Under the pieces are notes generated by a model that was given only the letters and a program-made list of their open reading frames with translations, did no database searches and had not been told where the DNA came from. A stretch of DNA of 63,895 nucleotides, the filler included, from Octopus bimaculoides (Eukaryota): NCBI RefSeq assembly GCF_001194135.2. It is 5 parts of 5 records of this genome, joined end to end, with 100 filler letters (N's around TTAATTAATTAA, not from the genome) between each part and the next. Parts side by side here need not be neighbours in the genome. Positions count along the whole stretch, not along the records: positions 1 to 31,857 come from NC_068991.1; 4 more parts are not named here. One strand, given 5' to 3'. The translations under genes were made by a program, and so were the position numbers. This document shows positions 1-11,300 of this stretch, in pieces (the stretch's first letter is position 1; each line of letters begins with the position of its first letter).

Positions 1-146
1 GTGTATTATTTATGTTTGCATTTATGTCGGTAGGTAGGTAGGTAGGTAGGTAGGTAGGTATAATTTCTTGCTTGTCTCAGTTATTGGATAGAATAAGTAC
101 CAGACTTCAAGAAATAAATACTGGGGGTCGATTTCTTCGTCTAAGC

Positions 147-2162
147 TAAGGATCACCAAACTACGGTCAGTTCATCCGGCCCGCGGCCGCACTACCTTTT
201 GTGCAAGTACCTGCAATGAGAGTTCATTCCTTCAACGATCGTGTTTTAACTTGCACTGCCGTGTTTAAACCGGTTTGAAGAGTGTCGTATATACAAGGAA
301 TAACGTCAGTGAATTATGTCATCAGCCTTTCAGTAAGTTCAGTTGTACGGAGGACAGAAGAAATTGGAGAGAACACAGTGCTACATATACGCGAGAAAGC
401 GAGGAACTTCTTTGGTGCTGGATGAGTGTACTGATTTTTCGCGTATGTCACAACTTCTCCTGTTCATTCGTGATGTTAATTTGGACTTTCAGATCACAGA
501 AGAGTTGGCACTCGTTTGCAGCATGCACGGAACAGCAACTGGAGAAGACATTTTCATGGAAGTGCAGAAAACTTTGCAAGACTATAACTTTCAGTGGAAT
601 CAGCTTCGATGTGTTACATTTGATGGAGGAAAAAACATGGCTGGAGTGAGGAAGGGTCTGGTGGGGCAGATCAGGACTAAGTTGGAAGATCTTCAACTCC
701 CAGGCGTTCTGTTTATACACTGCATTACATATTAGCAAGCACTCTGTGGGAAAGACTTAGATATTTTGCATATTGAAACCAGTCGTTTCTGCGGTGGACT
801 TCATTCGGGTTCATGCATTTAATCACCGCTAGTTCGAGGCCTTTCTTGAAGAAATTGATTCTGAATTCTGTGACTTGCCTTATTACACACCAGTGAGGTG
901 GCTCAGCTGCGGTAAAGTCCTGTTTCGTTTTTATAAGCTCTGAAGAGGAATAGATATTTTTCTCACCGAAAAGGATAAAGCTGATCCATTTCTATCAGAT
1001 CCTACATGGCTGTCAAAGTTGTCATTTTTGGTTGACATCACATCCCAGATGAATGAATTGAACTTGAAACTTCAGGGAAAGGATAACCTTATTTGTGATC
1101 TCTACAGAATCATCAAAGGATTTCGGAGAAAGCTATCATTGTTTGAAGCACAACTGGGAGGAAACTTCTCTCATTTTCAGTGTTTCAAAGAATCATATAT
1201 ACTCACTCCTCTTCGGTGAGAAAAATATCTATTCCTCTTCAGAGCTTATAAAAACGAAAAAGGACTGTACCGCAGCTGCGTCACTTCACTGGTGTGTGAT
1301 AAGGCAAGTCACAGAATTCAGAATCAATTTCTTCAAGAAAAGCCTCGAACTGGCGGTGATTAAATACATGACCGCGAATGAAGTCCACTGCAGAAACGAT
1401 TGGTTTCAATACGCAAAAATATCTAAGTCTTTCCCACAGAGTGCTTGCTGATGGAATCGCAGAAGATGTCAACCTCGAGTTTCCGATGAAGATTATTCAT
1501 GACTTAAATAAAAAAAATTTGGAGAGATTTTCAGATCTCGACAGAATTGAGAGTGACAGTCTCCTGTTTCAAAATCCGTTTGATTGTATCCTTGATGATG
1601 TACCAGTCGAACTACAGTTGGCGTTCACTGATTTTCAAGCAAATGAGTTGTTGAAAGAGATATACAGAGAAAGAAAGCTTGAAGAATTTTATTGCTCCTT
1701 AACTGATGATGAGTTTTCAAATTTGAAGAAATTTGCCCCTGGTATGGCATCAGTGTTTGGAACAACATACATCTGTGAGCAAACATTTTCAAAAATTAAG
1801 TATGTGAGGTCAGCACATCGAATGAGATTGACAGATAAACATTTGAAAGCAATTCTCTTGGTTGGATGTAGCAATTTCAAAGCAAATGTTGTCAATATCT
1901 TAAAAGCTAAACACCAGTTTCACAAATCTCATCAAAATTTTTTTGCTACTTAGTTTGTGAGATTCGGATATGTGCACACTGGGTGTGATATAACTATCCT
2001 ATTGCTAACGTCACTCTCTTTGATAACTTTTTGACAAATAAATATGTTGGTTTGTTTTTATTTTTTTGTGTATTCACTGTATTGAACTAAATGGTTGTAC
2101 GGCCCGCGCTTGTCATTCTCTCAGTTATTTGGCCTGCTGTGAAAAACATTTGGTGACCCCTG
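147..2162 (+). mobile_element. Full-length but inactivated hAT DNA transposon (Charlie/SPIN/Buster group, GTF2IRD2-like transposase)
   Basis: Imperfect 14-bp TIRs taaggatcaccaaa (147-160) and tttggtgacccctg (2149-2162) match 11/14. The 8-bp TSD is gtctaagc (139-146) / gtctaaac (2163-2170). Transposase fragments carry hAT motifs SLVLDECTD, VTFDGGKNM, HCI(I)H, VRWLS and TTYICEQTFS, broken by stops and frameshifts. The element splits a SINE whose halves lie at about 70-146 and 2163-2230. Confidence 0.9.
343..1953 (+). pseudogene. Disrupted hAT transposase (GTF2IRD2/ZBED5-like DDE)
   Basis: ORF pieces 343-735, 1019-1219 and 1378-1953 carry the D, D, CxxH, W and E motifs and a C-terminal dimerisation-like region. 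There is an in-frame stop near 733, several frameshifts, and a 259-bp inverted self-insertion at 1195-1453. Confidence 0.85.
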
Positions 2163-2369
2163 GTCTAAACTCTTCAAGTCAGTGCCTTAGCATGGCCGCA
2201 GTCCAATGACTGAAACAAGTAAAAGGTAAAAAAAAAAACATTGGGTGGTGAATGCGCAAAAACGTTAGAAATGCCGGACGAGGTGCCTTGTGATAATTGT
2301 CTGATTCTTCAAGTTCTGAATTCAAATCCCTTCGAACTCAACTCTCCTTATCATTCCTCGAGGTACAAT

Positions 2370-5300
2370 AGAAAGTATTATGATATTCTATGAGTCTCTT
2401 CGTGCCACAATTGTACCTACTCCAATCGAAGAAAAAGTTATCATTCTTGATGATTTTAATGCCTGAGTTGGCAGAGACCATGAGACGTGGGATGCACTAG
2501 GCCATTACAGCATCGGTAAGATGAATGCAAATAGTCTGAAGCTGCTTGAGCTCAACTCAGAGCTCAACCTAGCAATTTGCAACACATTCTTCCGCTAAAA
2601 GAAGTATAAAGTTACTTGGATACACCCAAGGTCAAAAGATGGCCATATGATAGATTTCATAGTAACCTGGAGATGAGCTCTGAATGATGTCTGCCATGTG
2701 CGTGTCATGCGTAGAGTAGAATGCAACACAGACCATAAGAGGATTCGGGGGAAATTTAAGTTACATATTCGGAAAAAATCTTGTATGTGTGGGATCAAAA
2801 CTCTGAAACGTATTGATGTTGGGAAGTTAAAACAGCAAGAGATACTTGAGGCTTTGAATAAACGTTTGAATGCTATTGACTTCGGGGATCAATTGTACAC
2901 TGCAGGAGCAGAAGAACTTAGATTCATGGAAAAAAAAAACCTAAAGATTGGTTTGATGATAATAATCTGGTTATCAGCCAACTTTTAAAGAAAAAATATG
3001 CTCTTCATGAAAAGCTTCTGAGAGAGCGTCCTACGAATTTAACAGCTATTAAAACGACATATAAAGAGCTGAGAAGGCTTTAAAATAAGTGGTAGTTGAA
3101 GATCTCTGAAGATATTCAAAGTGCTTGTAACGCAAAGGATTTAAAATTGATCTATAGTCTTTTGTGCGTAGAAAATGGTTCAACAACTTCGTATATTGTT
3201 TCCATTAGGTCCAAAGACAATACTGCCGTTATCAAGGAGTCAGAGAAAATCCTTCACTGATTTATTTGATAATCCATCCTCAGTTAACCATGATGTGATA
3301 GATGGTATCACCCAATGTGTTGTAAATTTCAGAATGGATCGATTACCAAATTATAATGCGGTTAAAATGGCCATCAACCAGTTAAACACAGGTAAGGCAC
3401 CTGGATCAGATAGAATTCCTCTGGAACTGTTAAAGGTTGGTAATAAGAACATGACACAAACAATACTTCATCTCATCACAGAGTGCTGGGATGGAGCTTC
3501 TATACTACAAGACTTGATAGCTGGTATCTTGGTGACTTTGTTTAAAGGCAAGAGGAATAAAGGAATCTGCGATCACTACCGCGGCATCACTCTGTTGGAG
3601 TCTGTGGGAAAAGTTCCTGCTAGATTATTGATGAACAGGTTGATGAAGGACATTTGTCCTACAGTAATCCTTGAATCACAAAGTAGCTTTAAATCTGGCA
3701 GATGGACGATTGATATGATCTTCTCAGCAAGGTAGATTCAGGATAAATGTATTGAGCAGCAGGTTCCTCTGTATCAGGTCTTTATTGATTTGACAAAGGC
3801 CTTTGATACGTGAACAGAAGCGCACTGTAGAAAATATTAGGAAAAAAAGGGTTCCCACCAAAGTTTATTATATGCTCGTTCGACTGCACAGAAATATGAA
3901 GGCTCGGGTTGGCTTGAATGGAAAATTGTCCAATGAAATCCCAGTTGATAACGGGGTGAAGCAGAGAGATATCCTGACTCCCACACTGTTCTCAATATGC
4001 TTTGCTGTGATGCTGACTCATGCATTCCAGGACTGTGCAGAGGGTATTCTATTGCGAATTAGAACTACAGGAAGGGTCTTTGACCTAAGAAGGTTCAATT
4101 TCAAATCCAAGGTGATTCCAAATATTAATTAGAGAACTCTTGTATGCAGACGATGTTGACTTTTTGGTTCACTCTCAGGATGACATGTAGCACATCATAG
4201 ATTGTTTTGCAGCATCTTGTAATGCTTTTGGCATAGAAATTAATTTAAAAGAGTCCAAGGTAATGTTCACCCCATCACCAGTGGAAGCATGTATCGAGCC
4301 AAATATAATGGTACATGGAACTAGGTTACTAGATTGGGTGTAGTTGAAACTTTTGTTTCCCAGGGTAGTGCATTATCAAGGGATGGTTCTCTGGATGCAG
4401 AAATACACCTGCGCATTTAGAAGGTCTCTGTAGCCTTTGGAAAACTCGAAAAGAGAGTGTGGGCAGATCATGGCATCAATATCAAGACCAAGATCAGTGT
4501 GTTCAAGGCCTGCATTCCAAGTGCTCTGTTGTACTCTTCGGAAACATGGACAGTACAATCGTAAGCACCTTAATTTGCTTGAACACTTTAACCAAAAGTG
4601 TTTAAGAAGCATCCTAAACATCAAATGACAACAGAAAATACCTGACACATTAATCCTTACAGATGTTGGCTGCACGAGCATCGAATCTACCATGATATCC
4701 TCTCAAATGCGTTGGGTAGGCCATGTTGTGCGCATGAATGAAGAAAGACTCCCAAAGCAACTATTTTACAATCAATTGCACTCTGGGAAACACCTTCAGC
4801 ACAAACCAAGAAAAAGATTTAAAGATTGCATAAAAAACGGCCTTAAAGATCTTCAGCTTGAAGATCAGAACTGGGAAGTGGTTGCGCTTTAAAGAGGAAT
4901 AAATGGAAAGGATATGTGAAGGAAGGCTGCAGAATGTTTGAATAGAGATGTCTTGATTATGAAAATTTTAAACGCCAGCTTCGAAAACGTCACAGTATGA
5001 ACATTAATAAGAACATAGTGAGCTGTATTTGTGATGTTTGTGGTTGTTTACGGCTCTCTAAATCTGGATACATCACTCATTTAAAATCATATAAAAAGCC
5101 AACTATAAGCAGCTATGTCCCTCCAACGCTAGGTGAGACATGTGTGGTGTGAAAAAAGATCTGCAAATCAATATCTGGTCTTAAAAGGCATATGAGGGTA
5201 CATAAGGATGACATCCCACGAGTTGACCCATAAATCCAAGAGGGCACATCTTTTGTCTGTCACGTTTGCTGCAGACCGTACGAATCTACTACTGGACTTA

Positions 5301-5527
5301 AAAGCCACATAAGGGGTCATGGACGAGCGTTTGGGGCTGATGATGGTTGGTGGGGGGAGGGGTACATGGGGAGATGGCAATCATCTGCAAAGATGGAGCA
5401 ATCACCATGTATGTATGTGTATGTATGTATGTATGTATGTATGTGTATGTATGTATGTATGTGTATGTATGTATGTATGTATGTGTATGTATGTGTATGT
5501 ATGTATGTATGTATGTATGTATGTAGT
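2370..5527 (+). mobile_element. 5'-truncated, decayed RTE-clade LINE (endonuclease remnant, reverse transcriptase, C-terminal C2H2 fingers, (ATGT)n tail)
   Basis: EN remnant VIILDDFNA* (GDFNA motif) near 2440-2465. RT blocks KAPGSDRI, YRGITLLE, FIDLTKAFD, GVKQRDILTPTLF and LYADD (about 4139-4153). RTE C-terminus MRWVGHVVRM..RLPKQLFY..GKH..KPRKRFKD. Many stops and frameshifts. Microsatellite tail at 5407-5527. Confidence 0.9.
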
Positions 5528-5885
5528 ACGTACGTCATTGTTGTTGTTCAGACAGGTGTTACCGTTTTTTTTTTAACGTAAAGTGCACCTGAAGGGAAAT
5601 TGGTTGGTGTTCAGAGGCTTATCTGAGAGTTCGAAAGTATTAACAGCATTCAACCCACTGTAACCATGTATTCCATTGGTGAAGGTTTTATCTCAAAACA
5701 TCCAAAATTTCTATGCAGCGAGAAAAAGACCGCTCTCGAGATGCTTACAAATGAATCCACACAACCATCATTCGGGACAAAATAGTAGGGGAAGCAACTC
5801 CAAATGAGTTATTTGCGAGTTACTTCCCTTGCGCTAAATTTACCAATGTAAGTAGCATAAGATGTAGAAGAATGATGTTGTAAGA

Positions 5886-6452
5886 GGTAATCTTCCAGTT
5901 TAGGGCGGTAAAAAAAGTAAATAAAAATACACAAGGGAAATAACTTAACGTCTTACTAGTATTATCCGTACAACTCTGAAATGTGTTTTTTTTTAGCTGT
6001 TTTTAAATAAATCACACACGTGTTTTTTTGTTTTATTTTAACAAGTTCACATGGTACTAAACAATCGTTGCAGGTAAACTTATTCCTAATAAGCCGACGG
6101 CGCGCACACCATTCCAACATTTTGTGTCTTGAACTGCTGCATAATTCACTAATGTTCTTCTAATATGATTAATTGACGAGTGAGTATTTCATTTTCAGGA
6201 ACAATAAGTTGTTGTGCAGCCGGTCTTCCATGCGGGATTTTCGATCTCTCAGCCAGTACTATGATATTCAATGACGTGTGTGATTTATATATAAACAGTT
6301 AACTTCAATCAAATCACGTGTGTGATTTATTTATAAACAGCTAAAAAAAAACACATTTCAGAGTAGTACGGATAATACTAGTAAGACGTTAAGTTATTTC
6401 CCTTGTATATCTTTTATTTACTTTTTTTACCGCCCTAAACTGGAAGATTACC
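5886..6452. mobile_element. Non-autonomous Mutator(MULE)-like foldback MITE, 567 bp
   Basis: About 137-bp near-perfect TIRs (5886-6022 vs 6315-6452) starting GGTAATC. Perfect 9-bp TSD gttgtaaga at 5877-5885 and 6453-6461. No coding capacity inside. Confidence 0.85.
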
Positions 6453-7044
6453 GTTGTAAGAAATTATAGCAAGTATGAGGTACTAGACAGTCGAAAGCTT
6501 TGCTGAAAGCAAATACATTTTTTCGACGCACTTCTCACAGGTGAATGGCCGCTAGTGATTGACATAGGAGAGTTGGTCGACAATAGAAGGACATGGCTAG
6601 TAGTATAGCTACACAAACGTGCTCCTACCTGACTTTGTTATCTCATAACTTTCAGAAAAATAGATATTTTTTGAAGAAATTCTCGACAGATAACTTTCAG
6701 ATGGTGAGGATTCCGATTATATCAGAATTTGTTGCGGAAATTTTTTTTCTAGTGGTGGCGATGTGTTTCGGATAATTCACACCAGTGTTTCCCCATAATT
6801 TTCAGAAGAATTGATATTTTTTAATGAAATTTTTTAGGCAACAAATTCAGTGGAGTTACTTGTGTAGGTATGTTGTAGAAGTTAACAGTTGTTTTCAACA
6901 CTTTTTAAACGTTGGTAGAGTGAGCATCCGATCGAGAATTGTTGCCGTTTAGACTTCCAAGTTAGTCGTGATTAGGAGGAACTGTGATCAAAGCAAGACA
7001 TTCCAATATCGACCATCTCGTCTTCTTATATATCTAGCACAACA

Positions 7045-7086
<42 letters not shown>

Positions 7087-7126
7087 AAATAAGCAACATA
7101 TATGTATATATAGTCAATAAATCATA

Positions 7127-7322
7127 CGAGGGGCATTCATTAAAGATTTCCCCTGACCCACATCCCAAGGACTGGAATAAACGAAACTTGGCATAATTAT
7201 TAGTCCCCTACATTAGCCACCACTAGTGGTGACACACTTCTCCCATCGCTTTATGCAGCTGTAGAAGTCGGAAATAAGTTCATCATCATCCGAAAAGTGC
7301 ATCCCCTTCAAAAAAGACTTCG
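7127..7322 (-). mobile_element. Mariner 3'-end fragment
   Basis: TA followed by a CGAGGGG terminus. The minus strand reads KSFLKGMHFSDDDELIS...KRWEKCVTTSG, resembling the mariner transposase C-terminus. Confidence 0.6.
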
Positions 7323-7487
7323 TGGTGTGTGTGTGTGTGTGTGTGCATAAGGCGAACTGGAAGAATAGTGAGCACATTGTATACGACGAGCTTAAAATAA
7401 ATTCCTATTTTGTTAGTAACCAAATTTTCAACACTACATAAGTCTTGCATGCTGTTGATGAAAATCACATTCAATTTTTTCTTTTTA

Positions 7488-7700
7488 ACTTCCTACTATG
7501 GGCACAAGGTCTGATTTGAAGGCAAGAGCTTAAGTCGATTACATAGACCCCAGAACTCGATTGATATTCTATTTAATCGACCCCGAAAGTATAAAAGGCA
7601 AAGTCGACCTCGTCAGAATTTGAACTCGGAACGTAAAGACGAAAGAAATGCCAGTAAGCATTTTGTCTGGCACGGTTATGATTCTGCCAGCTCTTCGCCT
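7488..7700 (-). mobile_element. tRNA-derived SINE copy (family with ggcggtgagctggcagaa head and (ATT)n tail)
   Basis: Reverse complement of the copies at 12878-13497. Further copies at 11288-11416 (-), 25683-25895 (-), 27890-28015 (-) and about 28090-28240 (+). Confidence 0.7.
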
Positions 7701-7972
7701 TTATTTCTAGAGATTAAAGAGTTAGAAGCATCAAAAATTATGCAATTTGTGGTTGGACAGAATTTAACAAGATCCCTGGACAACATTCTTCAGCGTGTCT
7801 TTTTTTTCTAGGACTGTACGGTGTAGTTAAAGGAAGATTTGATTGCTATGTCTAGCAGGTCGATTGATACTATAGATATTTCTTAGACTACATACACCTT
7901 TTTTTTTAAAGAAAATACGGTTGTGTTTTAAAAAAAACATTTGGTTGCTATATCAAGCAAATCGATTAACTA

Positions 7973-8041
7973 CATACGTATTTCTTCGCTGCTTCATACG
8001 TAAATACTACTTCCGGTGGAAGACCTCGTCTCTCTTACATC
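7973..8041 (+). promoter_or_regulatory. Putative TATA-less PMPCB proximal promoter / 5' UTR
   Basis: ETS/GABP-type site ACTTCCGGT (8009-8017) sits inside the inverted repeat CTTCC-GGT-GGAAG (8010-8022). CATACGTA occurs twice (7973-7980, 7995-8002). The region is locally CpG-enriched and lies directly upstream of an ATG in good context (catcATGG). Confidence 0.5.
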
Positions 8042-8110
8042 ATGGCTACCAAACGCCTCTTACAGTTCTCCTTGTCTCTCCTCACCAGACAAGCACAAGC
8101 TCGTTCTCAG
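8042..8110 (+). CDS. PMPCB: PMPCB exon 1 ([23 protein letters not shown], mitochondrial presequence)
   Basis: ATG at 8042, donor cag|gtatat, phase 0 matches exon 2. The peptide is basic and lacks acidic residues. Confidence 0.8.
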
Positions 8111-8271
8111 GTATATTTCTCTTATTATTATTTGCAAGTTATCATATTTTATCATTCATCAACACCAACATTATTCTAGCGAATTTTAGACAGCCTCATG
8201 CCGAGGTCATCACTTTGAATATTATTATACTTCCGACGGCAAAGGACACCTTGTGCATGTGTGTGTGTGTA

Positions 8272-8317
<46 letters not shown>

Positions 8318-11300
8318 TATCATATGTAATTGGTTTTTACTATTCTTCTAATTTTTAATTGACCTTATTTAATTATCAAAAGCTTCGCGCTTAAACTACT
8401 AATTATCTGGAACCTTTCCTGTTTGTAACTCCAATACAAACCAAAAATGAATGACCTACCGTGAAATAGTCTTTGTTTACTTTTTACAAAATTATAAAAA
8501 GTATATATGTAATGATCCAATACATATTGTTTATCTGAACGTAAAGGAAAAATGAATTATAAGAAATACTAGAATGTTCCTAATGTTTATTATTATGTTC
8601 ATTAAAAATTGGTCAAAAGAATCTTGTGTATTATTTAACCTTGAAAAGTCTTATTTTTAAATGTCATCTTCTTTTCAAAGAAGAGACGGACGAGTGTATT
8701 CTATTATTGTTCGCATCGATTGTGATTGAGTTTAAATATTCATAATTAAATGAATAATCAAAGTATTTGAAAGAAATGTTAATATTTCTGTTGTATAAAG
8801 TGTGTGCTTCATTATTCGAGAATCATCCCAGCATTTGTGAGCGTGACTATTTTCTCACACACACACAAAATATATATATATGTATATATTCTCTCTCTAT
8901 ATATATATATCCTTTTAGTGTTGACTCTCACAAGAATGAGCATTCAATAATAGAGATTAATAATATATTTTATTCTGGTTGAATCAGTCTCTGACTACCA
9001 CAACTGCCGATGCATAAGACCCTGAGCACCCACAAACGTAGCAAGAGACTGATTCTAACCAATATATATATGTGCGTGTATATAATTTTTTCATTTTTCT
9101 TATCAATTTCTGTTCATGTCTACGCATCCTCATATTAGAGTGGGTGGGCGTTTACACATTTCAATCTGAAATTCGATTTGCCTTATCTATATTTAAAAAT
9201 AAACTGATTTTAACTTCAAATGTTGACCAGTTATCTATCTATCCATCTGTAGTTTTTGTATCCCCAGATGTCTTCAATTTCTTGCTTCAACCAAGTCATC
9301 TTTTGTCTCTGCTATTTTCAAGAAAAGCCTGACCAAATACATTTCTCACTTATCCTCAAATATAAACAAACCTAAAACTCCTCCAGTGACATTGCATCAA
9401 TCTCTTATTGTGAAACTAACTTCTTGTCGTGTTAGCAAAATACATCTTTCCTCGTTTATCACAAGGGTTTAGTGAAGGCATGTGGTTTACTGGCTATGGT
9501 ATTCGGTTCACAATCGTATGGTCATTTGATTTCAGGCGGCGCATTGTGTCCTTCAGTAAGACACTTTGTGTCACATTGCTCCAGTCCACTCGGCTGACAA
9601 AAGTGAGTTGTACCCGTAATTCAAAAGGCCACCCTTGTCACATCCGGTGTGCCATGCTGAATCTCCCTGAGAACGTGCTCAGCCACTTGTATGTTAATTT
9701 CATGAGCAGGCTATTCCACTGATCAAATCAACTGGGACCCTCATCATTGTAACCAATGGAGTACCAGCTAATTAAATCACAATGGTTTAGCTTCAGAAGA
9801 AAAGAAGCACCTCCATGCACTTTGTAAATGGAACAAATGATAGATTCATTGTCACCAAACTTATGGCTACATGTATTTGAATGTGGGGTTGATATCTGAT
9901 TAGTTTAATACTCTGCCTCAGTGTGATGCTGAAATATTCTAAGTTAGAAGGTGAACCTGACCTTTAGCTACTTCAGGCGAATAATACCGTGAAATAGACA
10001 TGCAGTCTACCACAGTATACATAGTCTATGCTGTGAAATGCCCTGATCAGGGCTTTGGGGTGAACTGTATGCTAAAGTGTAAATGGGCAGTAGACCTCAC
10101 ACTAAAGTAGCACCTGTCTAATTATGCCAACACTGTGAAAGTTACTTTCACTATATTAACAGTATGAAGGTGTAAAGCTAACCTCCAACAATGTCAACAC
10201 AGAATTAGTTGTGATTTTCACTTCTTGAGTTAACAATTGTATGAAATCACCTCAGAACTGTATTCCAATAGAGGTTCAGGCATGACTAAGAAGCTAACTT
10301 TGCAACCATGTAGTTTCAAGTTCAATCCCACTACATGGCATCTTGAGCAAGTGTCTTTTGTAATATAGCTTTGTGCAACCCAATGCCTTCTGAGTGATTT
10401 TGGTAGAAGGAAACTCTGTGGAAACCCACCATGTGTGCGTGCGCGTGTGTTTGTCTCCCACCACACTTAAACAATCAGTGTTGGTGTAGTTACACCCTGT
10501 AACTTAGCTGTTTGGTAAAAGAGACTGCTGGGGGTTGATTTGTCCAACTAAACCCTTGGGTGGGGGGGTGCCCCAGCATGGCTGTAATCCAATGATTAAA
10601 ATGAGTAAAAGATTTTAAAAAATACACTTTCTCCACCTCATCAGTGTAATATCCAACTGATCCTTTCATTGTTCAATTCCTTATCCACTCTATGTCTATC
10701 ACGAACCTAGGACTCTTCTATAGTCTCAGGCCAACCAAACTATTGTGAGTAAATTCAGTGGACAGAAACTGAAAGAAGTGTGTGTGGTATGTATGTATTT
10801 GTGTGTCTCCTTGACTTGATATCACATCACAGTTGTAAATAGGTGTCACTGTCATACAAGTAGTGTCATTCATTTTCAATATTCTACAGAAACATGACCA
10901 TGGGTGAATATTATCTTGCTTAGAAACAGTAAGGGTTAGTGGCAGGAAGAGTATCTGGCCATAGTAAAATTGCTTGAACCAACTCCATCTGACCCATGCA
11001 AGCACAGTAAAGTTAACATTAGAATGGTGATAATGTCACAAAATACTTTGTGCTAATTGTAATTTTTCTTGATGTTTTTGTTTTCCTTTCAAGGTACCTC
11101 TTAGCATCAGCAGACGATGGCGATCGGCAAAAGCTGCCACTTACGAACAAACACTGTTGAATGTACCTGAAACTCAAGTGACAACTTTGGCCAATGGTAT
11201 ACGAGTTGCAACTGAAGACTCTGGGATTCCCACTTGTACTGTAAGTTTCTGCTTTTTAATGTAAACTTTTAACAAACATAGCATTTAATTCTTACTACTA

